DNA of 64,000 nucleotides, from positions 8,122,001 to 8,186,000 of the forward strand of contig OZ059898.1 in assembly GCA_964057225.1 (NCBI GenBank), given 5' to 3'. This DNA is from Auanema rhodensis. Its lineage: Eukaryota; Animalia; Nematoda. Below are positions 49,757 to 64,000 of this stretch, one piece after another (positions within the stretch are counted from its first letter, which is position 1; every line of letters starts with the position of its first letter). Both the position numbers and the translations under genes were made by a program. The notes below the pieces were generated by a model that worked only from the letters and a program-made list of their open reading frames with translations, searched no databases and was not told the origin of the DNA.

Positions 49757-52713
49757 ATGACTTTGGATACAACACCTAAAAGGACAACCGATTTTCGATC
49801 CATCAAACATTCTAGATTTCATCATGGAAATAATATGAGAATAACTGTTGCTGCTAATCAAGTAAGTATCTCTTTTTGTTTGTTTACAACTACATTTTCT
49901 CAGGGTGGAAGAAAATATATGGAAGATCGCGTTCAGATCGAAACGTTTAGAAGCAGTGATGGTACTATTTTATTCACATTTCTTGGTGTTTATGATGGGC
50001 ATGGAGGTTGCGAAGCAAGTGAATACGTTCGAAAAAATTTGATGAATAATATTATGGTTAGGAGCAATTTTTTATTAGTCTAGTATACAAACTATGCTTG
50101 TTAGAATCAAGAATTATTTTATTCCGAAGATGATGACGATATTTTGGAAGCTATTCGTCTTGGATTTTTAGAAACTCACCATCAAATGTGGAAAGTTGTT
50201 GGTGAGAATAAATATTCACATATATATATTTTAACTTATATTGTTTTCAGAAACTTGGCCACGAACTGCATCTGGTTATTCTAGTACTGCAGGAACTACG
50301 GCCAGCATAGCTATTATCAGGGGTGGAAAGTTGTATACAGGTCACGTGGGTGATTCAGCCATATTCTTAGGAAAAAGAAGTGCAACAAATTAAATATAAA
50401 AAAACTGTACAGTTGTTTTTCTCAGATAACCAAACTATGTGTGTTGTACCTGAACGTTTAACAATTGATCACAAGCCGGAAAGCGAAGATGAACAAGCCA
50501 GAATACAGATTGCCGGCGGACAAGTTATGATGAAAAGTGGAGTAAATAGAGTTGTATGGACCCGACCTCTTCGAGGACATACTGGTCCTGTTCGAAGAAG
50601 TACTCCTACTGAGAACATACCTTTTCTGGCTGTGGCAAGGAGTTTAGGTAACCTACAGTTTGTTACTTCTATATTGTTCGTATTACAGGTGATCTGTGGT
50701 CATATTGTGAAGCTACAAAGGAGTTTATTGTCTCTCCAGATCCTGATTTGAATGTTCGTGATCTCACTGGTGCGCTTACTTAGTATTTAAGTTTAGTATG
50801 TAATAAATTTATATTTCAGAAGATGATTGCTTTATCGTTCTTGCATCTGACGGGCTTACCAATGTTATTAATGCACTGGATGTATGTTTGTTTTACTCTT
50901 CTGATAATGTTAAGGATTCGTTCAGATCGTTTTAATTGTGGATGAAGATGAAGAATTAACAAAAAAGAGTTTCACAGGTCAGCGGACTGACTATATTGTA
51001 AAGTTTTCTATTATTATATTTATATTAGGAGGATATTTTCAGACACGTAGTAAACATACTAACAATGCTCGATCATTACTTCTTGCTGCATTAAAAAATT
51101 GGAGGACTTTTCGAGCTGATAATATCAGTGCTATCGTGGTACAGATGAATGAGTTATCTATTTATACCCTATTGTTTCTTAGGCTGTGCTCGATCCTGTG
51201 GTTGCAGTCAACCATGATGAGGACATAGCTTCTGTAGAAGAGCAGCTTGTTGTTGATCAGTCTATTGATGAAATGTTCTGTGTTGATCCTGAAGCTATGA
51301 TTAGGGTTTCGCCCTTTTGCAGTCAAAAACTGGTAACATATCGTACACCTTTGCTGTATCAAGGTGCTCTTGATAATAATTTTTCATGTATGTTGCACTT
51401 TATAACTCTTCTCTAATTCTACTGTCATATTATAGCTGTGAGTTATCGTGGTCCTGGCTTCCTTACTCACGAAGAAGAGCGGCATCTTGAAGAACGATAT
51501 AACATGGCCGAAATGGAAGCAGAAAAGAATAAAGATGATGACAATAAAGAAATCACAGATTTATCGACACCTGTTACTCCAGAAAAACCAGCAGAGGTAA
51601 CGTATTTGAATTTTTCGAATAATAACCATTATTTCTTTCAGGTGTCGCCTAGTTTGCGATTGTCTCGTTCATCGAAAAGATCAACTCCTATTAACATATT
51701 TAATCGTGATAAATTACGCAATAGTGCTAAGCGAGTAAAATCAGCGTTGGACATTGTGAGCTTATTTACAACTTTCTTTCTATTATCTTTGTTATTGTAC
51801 AGGCTTCCACAAAGGATGGATCAGTTAAAGAAAACAGAATGGATTCAGAAGAAGAAAATGGCTCTTTGCTTAATGTATTTAACTTTTTCTCTTTTTTCTT
51901 TAACAAAATTTCTACAGGAATCAACATTAGATGAACTTAGCACGCCGGAACGTAGAGTAACGCGAAGCTGCGGAACTACAACCCCTACTAATAAAAATGT
52001 ATTTCCTCCTTTTTCATATTTACTAATTGTATTTTATAGGTTTCAATTCCGCAAACTAAAACTGATCCCCAAAATACTAAGGTTTTATAGAACACAAATA
52101 ATTTGTATAATTTATTTTTAGAACGAATTAACTACTTCACTTCTCCCTTTCAACGTCAATGACTCTGCTTTTACCATGGTCACACGGTTTGTTCTTACAT
52201 ATAATAACTTTGTTAATTATCTGTTTAGTTCGAAGGATAAGCAAAATGGAATTAATGGTACTCCTGTCGCAACACCAAAAACACCCTCTGCTTACAAAAC
52301 ACCAACTAATAAAGTTTTGTTGTCGGCAAAGGTAGGAAATTTTGAAAATAACCAGTTTTATTCCTTATATAGGGAAGTCGCAAAAGGCCTCATGCATCAA
52401 GTGTATCATCCGGAGCAACTCCTCTTGTAAATAGGCTAACCATTGAGTCTCCTATGATTCACTCTTCTACTCCTAAAATCAGAAGTGCACCCACTACGCC
52501 GGTGAAGGTATCGTATATAGGACAATACATTTACAAAATAAATCATTTAACTTGTAGAACTCTGTGCCTTCTGAACTATTGGGAAGCAAATGGTCATTAT
52601 CTAAATTGGATGAGTTGAAATCAACTATTCGAGAAGAAGAGCCTCCCAGTAAGATTCGGAGAATATACGGTTTTGTTCGCCGACTTGTCGGTTTAACCAG
52701 CACCCAATCTTAA
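49757..52713 (+). CDS. ppm-1.D: PP2C-family phosphatase PPM1D/Wip1 orthologue; ~17 exons
   Basis: [40 protein letters not shown], the PPM1D-specific B-loop [39 protein letters not shown] and RADN. The C-terminal tail is long and S/T-P rich, ending LTSTQS*. Confidence 0.95.
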
Positions 52714-53335
52714 GTAAAATGTGCCTTTATTTATGTAGGATATACTTTTAAGGTTGTCATACAATGTCTGAACCTATACTGACATCACTTGTACGATAAG
52801 TGCTTTCTTTTTAGATTAGTCTATGATTGTTCATAGCTTTTGATCTCCATGTATAGGAACTATTCCTCAACTTATATTTCTTGACACATGTCTTATAATT
52901 ATTTTACCAATTGCTAATTTTTCAATTTATATTGTGTATTGTTAGATCCGGTAATGTATAATAATATGAACTCAATATTGTTAATTATTTGAGTTCTTCC
53001 TATAATATATTATGCTCAAAGGAATTTCAAGATATCTGACAGTTTTTTTTAACTTTAACTGCATTTTCATTTATGAATTATTGATGAACAAACAAGAAAA
53101 TATAAGCTTATAACGAGAAAGAGAACATCAAATAAGAAATATTAATTGGCTTAATATAATTTTAATTCCATTAATTGAAATATGGTTCATGAACGAGTAG
53201 TTAAGGACCCGGATACTAAAATAAATATTTACATATGATGGCCATAAATATGTTGAATTTTTTTCTAATTATGAAGACACATTACGTACTGCATGCGTGG
53301 GTTATTTCGTGGTAGTCACCAAGGGTTACTTCGTG

Positions 53336-53349
53336 GTAGTCATAGCAAC
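53336..53349 (+). promoter_or_regulatory. X-box (DAF-19/RFX site) GTAGTCATAGCAAC
   Basis: Matches all 14 positions of the C. elegans X-box consensus RTHNYYWTRRNRAC. It ends 55 nt before the ATG at 53405. Confidence 0.75.
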
Positions 53350-53404
53350 AATCCTAAAGTAAGCCTCAACGTGTGGCGGTGTTTCCCAAAATTTCTTGGT
53401 TGGG

Positions 53405-54415
53405 ATGAAAAACAAAGTAAGTTCATTCTGTTGTATTTTTTTACTATAATTTTGAGGTTTTTAGGAAAGCGCTTGCATATATATTCAATATCGATGGAGA
53501 AAAAAATTAAAACGAGATTCAATAATAGCTAATAGACTTTATCAAATGTATGTAAATTGCATTATAAGCTATCTCACGTTTTATTTAGTGAAAAATGGAA
53601 AGGGATTGAAAGAATTTCACTGAAGAATGATGAACTAATAAAAAAACTTAGAAAATTACAAAAAGAAAAGGTAAAAAGATACTGTAACATGCTTATAGTT
53701 AGTGCTTTTATAGAAATTTGAAATAGCAAAATATGAGACAATTTTGAATCGACCAGCTCGGGAAGTCAATAATTGCTTAAAGAATTCGAGAAAAAAAATA
53801 ATTGAACATTTGAAAGATGAAGATGAAATTGAAGAGCGTATTCGCCGTATTAAGATGGATAGGGCTGCGCGAATACTGCAGAGATCAGTAAGTATTTCGA
53901 TTATTTCTTTCCTATAAATTTTGTTTCAGTTCCGTAATTATTATAAGAAACTTTTGATAAATAGGTACTGGGGCAAAATCACGAATATCAAACCAAAGCG
54001 AAGGTTAGAATTATTGGAAGAAATTCGTAATCGTCTTGAAAAACGAAACACTATTCGAACTGATACATTGGAAAACCTTAAGTCTAAGGTATCATATAAG
54101 TCTAATATAATTGAGAAATATATTTATTTTTACAGATAGCTGAACATTCACAGAGAATAGAAAATGATGTAATTAAACTGGTATCTCGTGATATCCTTAT
54201 TCGCCAAATGAAACGAGATTGCAACACTTTTCAAAGTATGTTTCAATTTCATGTTCCAATTTTAATACAAATTTTCAGAACTATCAAACGAGAACGATGA
54301 ATACAAGATCCTCGAAAAGTTATCATGCCCACCTTCATGTGCAGTTATTAAAGCTCAAAGAATTCATGAAAAGGAAATGGAAAAAATCCAAGATCTTTTG
54401 TACAGCAATTTATGA
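53405..54415 (+). CDS. IQCB1: IQ-motif/coiled-coil protein resembling the C-terminal half of IQCB1/NPHP5 (248 aa); exons 53405-53416, 53465-53547, 53589-53670, 53714-53887, 53930-54088, 54136-54235, 54279-54415
   Basis: Seven exons joined by GT-AG introns form one open frame of 747 nt. IQ motifs SACIYIQYRWR and AARILQRSFR. Colinear similarity to recalled human IQCB1: W.....KRRLEL / W.....RRVEL, RDILIRQM / REALIAQI, KAQRIH..EMEKIQ / KAKQAH..TLKHIQ. The gene model is solid; the orthology is inferred. Confidence 0.7.
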
Positions 54416-54487
54416 AAAAACCTTTACTAAATAATAATCACTAAGTAATAATCAGTCACAAACTTAACAATAAATATAAATTTATAA

Positions 54488-55695
54488 TCAATTATTAGTC
54501 AAAGGAATTCGTATATTACCTAAACGAATAAGCTCTTTTCCATATTTTTCATATAGGCTGCCACCTTCCTGGAAAAACAGTAAGTAAAAAAGAAAATCAT
54601 ATTGGTATCAACCTGAAAATCTGGAGCTGGTTCCCTCATTGTTAATGCTATTCTTCGACCTTTGATATGTCTTGATAAAACTCCATGCTTCCATTGATAT
54701 CTGAATGTTAAAAGTTAAATAAAGAAAAGGAAATTTAAAATACCGGATATCATCTGCCATACATATTAAAGATCGATGAGGCATTAGTACGTAACAAACT
54801 TGTTTTGTTGTTTCATTTGCTAGTGTCATGACGGATCCAGAAAGCAAATTTATACTGAACAGGAATAATCTAAAACTGAGGCAACAACAAAAAACCTTAT
54901 TAATCGATTTCCCCATATCCACATATCATCCTGATGCATTTCAATAGCGCTTTTCTTATTCTCATCATATTCCAAATTACACATCTCAAAAGGTTGGTAT
55001 TCTCCTAATCTAAGATATCATGTTTCCGTTAATTATCGTCCTGTGTCATAAGACCAATTATTACCTATTAGGAGAAAACTGTTCCATTTTATTCAATAAA
55101 AAATCGGCGTACTCTGGCATACCTGCATATTTTAAACGTATATTTCATTTCTAGTCAAACGTTGCTCACCCACAAAAGTATCAGTTTTAACTTTTTTGTG
55201 TTTAAAATTCACTTTCGGACCATAATCCTAAACTCATCACTTCCGAAACAAGTAGGGAAACATAATCAGCTAATCCAGCATTCTATAGTGCATACCTGTT
55301 TCCGCCTGCCTGACTGTGATGGAACCCAATTAACCTCGTCAATCATTTCCATTATATCATTTTCCTCTTGTTCAGTTAGAAATTCTTCTATTAATAACAA
55401 TCCATTTAATTTAATAGTTATGCATTGTTCAGGTATAATATCATTCAAAACTAAAAATTGTCAAGCTTGAAGCAACTTTAAAAATATAAAAATAGGTACC
55501 ATCAAAAATTTCCTGAGTAGTAGAAGATGAGTTCAAGTTTGCAATCTTTACTCCTGCTTGGAGTTGATTTGAATAAACAAAAAACTCATAATCTTTATAT
55601 GGATCATCATCTTTTCTTAGTTTAAGCACACGATCTGTATTTTCACACAATGCGCAAAACCTGATCCCTTTGCATCCGCAAGTGACGGTATCCAT
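54488..55695 (-). CDS. nmad-1: AlkB-family 2OG-Fe(II) dioxygenase ALKBH4 (N6-methyladenine demethylase NMAD-1); 8 exons
   Basis: MDTVTCGCKGIRFCALCE, W.PSQSGRRKQDYGPKVNFK, F.GMPEY, FEMCNLEY, HxD in AIEMHQDDMWIWG, WKHG and RRIALTMRE are all ALKBH4 signatures. Confidence 0.95.
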
Positions 55696-56195
55696 ATTCA
55701 CTGCAATAATCTTATGGTTTACTGTTTGCTTACGCTTCGATGGAATCTGATATATTTGAGACTCAGCTTTTTTTTTTACAAAATTTTATAATCTACAACA
55801 AAAGCTTGAAACAATATTTATATTGCACGAAATTAATTTATTTATAAAAGGAGTCAAAAGATTTTCAAATTTTGGTTCGTAAGGATATGCTTGTAAGGAT
55901 TCAAAATTTTGTCTTATCAAAAAATACTGTTAAAACATACAAAATTTCAAAATTTAATTCGCCGTGAAACCGAAAATAGATATGTAGCTCTTTTGATTGC
56001 ATAACACGTGATTATGCGTACAATCGTAAAAAAATTCTATCATTTTTAAAAGTGCTCAGTACAAACTTTAGTTAATACTTTGTGATTCATTTTTTAATAC
56101 TGAATTGTTATACATTTTAGTTATTAAGCATATTAAGGTTTAAAATTGGAGATAATTGAATGTAAGTGATAACTCAAATATTTATTAATCAAACT

Positions 56196-60038
<3,843 letters not shown>

Positions 60039-63000
60039 AATTGATAATACGGGATCTTAGGCTATGTGATTTTTATAGATTAATAACAGTCATTTAAAAG
60101 CGAACCAAGTCAAAACATTAGCTATTTACCTTAAAAACCTATGTTTTACAAATGTATAAAGTAAGCTATTTACGCATAAATGCTTTATCAATTTTCTCGT
60201 CGTCTGCCTTGTTTTATCAAATGTTTGCCTTTTCTTTCAAATTTTTAACTATATCTTTCCTTATTTCGGTCTCCTCACAAATAGACTCACTTTCCTATTA
60301 GCTATATGTGATATAATTATGTAAATGCCAGTCAGTATATAAGTAGAGTTAGATTATTTATTATCTCTGTCATATAGGTGACGTTCTTTTAAACGATTAA
60401 GTGCTTTTTCTTTATACACGGCTAGAACTCCGGTACTTTTAGAGTAACTGATATGTGTGCAAATTATTATTGTTTCATATTTTATGACAGTATCGGTCAA
60501 CATATACGAATTGTAAATCCTCTGATAGTTTGTTGTCTTATGAGATAATTTTATTTGGTTTGTAGTGGATTGTGTATGTGTTGCCATGTTATTACTAGAT
60601 TGTTAATTATATCTTATATCAAAACTGGTGTACTGTCTAAGACGTCACTAATTACAGAACATACTAATGCTCAGAGAATCAAATTTTCTAATAAAGTAAA
60701 TCATGCCTCACAGTTTTTAAGTTATTCTTGAAAGGTTATATGGGTCGTTTACCTAAGTGTTCAAAGTACTTTAAATCAGTCTTGCTGTTCAGTGAAGTTT
60801 GTTGGTACCTTCTTGGAATATCTGGCTTTTTTTTGTGGGAAGTATATCACAGGCATGTATGAGTCGAAGTAGTATTTCCGAAGATTAACTGTCCCTTGAG
60901 AATTAGGCTTTCTGCATTCATCAATTTTGTCTAGCCTGCGACCATTGCCTATCTTGAGCTAACTCAACTGTCAGTTCATCTGTTTCGCTCTGTTCCGTAG
61001 AATAGCTGCTACGCTTTATTATTATTATTGTTTTCTTTTTATAAGTACAGCTGATTTATTGATGCAAATATTGCTGGTTAGTGAATTCGGAGATTTTAAA
61101 TCACTTCCTTATTCCATTCGTCATTTTTTTAAAGTTTTATGGGTTGGACAGACGTCTTGACAAATCAAAGTTTTGATAGTAAAGAACGATGAGGGGCATT
61201 TTGGTTTGGCTTAAGTATATCCGATATTTCATGTACGTCTTTTTTTCTATTTTTCAATGATTCGTTCTTCGTGTTTCTTCGTAAAGAGTGGGTCATTCAA
61301 TCATCTAACTCTCCTCACTTTCCCGGACATTATCATCCTCAGGCTTATTCTGATTGACTAGATTAGTTTGCGGAAATCCATTCATGCCGTTTAGTTCTGC
61401 CGTTTTCTATCCCAGTTTATTTTTCCCTGGTGCTGAAAACGAAAAGTTTGATTTGGTGTTTCAGTATATAAATAGAGATATCATAATCCAGTTTATTCCA
61501 ATTTTTTTAAATTTATTATTTCGATGCATGTTTTCTTTTCAAAATTATATTTATCAATATTTTGTCTCTTCTAGTCGCCTTGGTGCTTACATGTATCTTG
61601 GAGTCTAATCCGCTCAAAACGGATATCCCTTTTTGTAAGAAGAATTATTCCACTATTTCGTTCAGTCGCCTACTTTTCAATGAAAAAAAAAACGATTTGG
61701 CATATTTCCAATAAAAAACTATTTTTCACGTGAAATTTGGTGGACCAAATTCTGCATTAGATTTCAATTCTATCCCCACTCGTTATCGTTTTCGTCGTCT
61801 TCTCTATTCTCCCCTTTCTCTTCATCTCTTCCTCTCATTTCATTCTTTTGCTCTCTCGTTCGCTTTCAATATCTTATATGTCTTGCGTCTGCTCTAATAT
61901 AAACAAGCAACATTGAGTTTAGAACCAGCATGAGCTTCACTAACTATGGTTTAACTGATTGTTTTACACATTCTAGCAGTTTTATAAATTAAGCCTGGCT
62001 TGGCTATTTTGTTGTTAAAAGTCTTATGGTCCACATGAGGATAGAACGTTGTGATTATATAATGGCTCGACTCTGCTCCTCACATTTTTTCTTCTCTTAT
62101 TTTTCATTTTTCTGCTTCTCATACTTTTGATCTTACCTTTCCTTCACTGTTATTATTTACTATTATTTCAACCATTGACCTGTCTCGTTATTTCGCCTTC
62201 TTTTTCTCTCTATCGCTCTTTTTTTCTTTTTCTTTTTCTCTCTTTCTGTTTCTCCCTCTCTTTCTTATTTTTTTCTGTTTCTCTCTTTTTTTCTGTTTCT
62301 CTATTTCCTCTCTCTATCTTGTGATACGATATTGTTTCATAATGAAGATAACTGAGCGAATACTACTTCATTCCCAATGTTCTTTTATATCTTAGCAGTC
62401 TTCCGTGATCATGCTAAATTATTCAGAACATTCTATTTGAAGACCGCAATTCAGATTCTCATGATTTTCCCTATTGAGTTTTTAGACCAGGCTCATTTTT
62501 CTACGTCAATTATTATACAGATCAGTTTTTTCCAATGAGCTCCTTCCTGCTCAGTTATAGTTCAGACTTTGGTCTTCATTCAACTGGTTGGCCTAAAATA
62601 CACTCTAAATATGTAGAAAAGTAAGATTCATTTCTTAGTATTACTTTTAACTTGCAGGCTTGAAGCCAAATCCTCCTAGCTTGGAATTTCAACTAAGTTT
62701 ACACTTAGATCTCTCAATTCTGTCATTTTGAGCTTATTTTAGAATTAGCCTGACTTAAGGTTTAAGCAATTCTTGGGTATTTCATCATATCTTGCAAGGT
62801 TTCTTATGTAATTCCCTATTATTTTTTTTTGTCGAATTCAATATCCAAACCAATTGATCATATATCTAAAGTACCTTTCCATATGATGATGGATGCCTAT
62901 GATTCTACGACGAAACAAATCTAGAATTCATATCTTTCATGAAAGACTTGATGTGTAATTCTATCTTGTGTAGTATAGTTTTGCTCTTCGTCTTTTTTTG

Positions 63001-63310
63001 GTAATATAACTTTCTTTCTCATCATATTATCGATATTCATAAAGAGCACAAGGTGAGGGAGGTGGATTAAATTAATCCTTATATTTTCTTTTACAAAACA
63101 CTACAAACAATACTGGCTTATCTAGCGATCAGTACTTGCTGAGGTGACACCTATCTATCTCATCTATATATGCTTCAACGAATATGCATAAATTGCTTCC
63201 AGATATTATTTTTCTTTGACCACATGTACACAATTTTAGCAAATTGTCCACGAATTTCACACTGCTCCTTTCTCACGTTGGATGCTCCAAGCGCTTGCAT
63301 ATTCTTACTC

Positions 63311-63324
63311 TCTCCCTCTCTCTC

Positions 63325-63395
<71 letters not shown>
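63311..63395. repeat. (CT)n microsatellite
   Basis: ~85 nt nearly perfect CT tract. Confidence 0.95.
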
Positions 63396-63397
<2 letters not shown>

Positions 63398-64000
63398 TTC
63401 TCTTTTCGTTCTTCATATATTTTCCAGTCTCCCTCTCCATTTTTTTAACATTTTTTTTGTCGTTTCATTTTTCTTCTTTCAAAAATAAGTTGTCCATGAC
63501 GGTTACTACGAATCTATCATAGAGCGTTATGCTTCTTAATCATGAGCTATATGTTTTGATCCCTTTAATCAAGCTATTTGCGTTGTATATCATCGGCTTG
63601 CATAGGCGACTCACCCTTCGTTATTATTTTTCTGTGTTTTACGACTATCTTTATTTGTTCTACTCATATATTTCATTATTTCATCTGTCTATTATTTCCT
63701 ATTCCTCATTACATTGTGCTAGGGTCCAGTTATTGATGAAAGTATGAATCTTCCTTTTTACCTCTTCCGAAAATTTTTGTGGCTTTTTAGTGTGTTAATT
63801 TTCATAGAAATTCTGAAGGTTCATAGTAGTTTTTGTTTATAGTGTGTGAACCTTGAAAAAAAGGTTTTGTTTTAATGATAGAACAAAGTTTTGCCACCTG
63901 TCGTTATTATATCTGAAGTAGGTAATATTGCCTCAAACGTTCTTCAACGAAGCTTGAAAATTACTAGCTTCGGAACTTTTAAGAGCTGCTTTGATTGATC

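Noticed and set aside
53293-53532. 79-aa ORF with an RGSH repeat
   Set aside because: It reads through the promoter duplication and intron 1 of the IQ gene, and is out of frame with the real exon 2.
60580-60595. X-box half site GTTGCCAT downstream of kin-18
   Set aside because: The second half (GTTATT) does not match RRNRAC and no gene start is nearby.
60056-60908. Isolated TTAGGC hexamers
   Set aside because: Single copies only, not a telomeric array.

Overview
Very AT-rich nematode genomic DNA, probably a rhabditid/clade V species (inferred from gene content and the mostly 42-55 nt introns). The ORF track is mostly noise because the genes are intron-rich, so I assembled 12 spliced protein-coding genes by hand. 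In order: ufm-1 and tomm-7 (operon-like pair), a divergent Skp1-like gene, a bestrophin (-), a ~15 kb gene-poor microsatellite-rich interval, an NPR-29-like peptide GPCR, a PTR-19-like patched-related protein, then a compact block of a kinase-less citron-like C1-PH-CNH protein (-), a DUSP19-like phosphatase (-), PPM1D/ppm-1.D, an IQ-motif gene, ALKBH4/nmad-1 (-) and the TAO kinase kin-18. The strongest lead is the 7-exon, 248-aa IQ-motif gene at 53405-54415. It resembles the C-terminal half of the ciliary protein IQCB1/NPHP5, which I recall being reported absent from C. elegans, and it has a consensus DAF-19/RFX X-box just upstream of its ATG. Other leads are a candidate internal E2F-type promoter with an ATG-only exon in the citron-like gene, an alternative first exon in the GPCR, three GC-AG introns and a candidate C/D snoRNA. 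All homology calls come from recalled sequences, not database searches.
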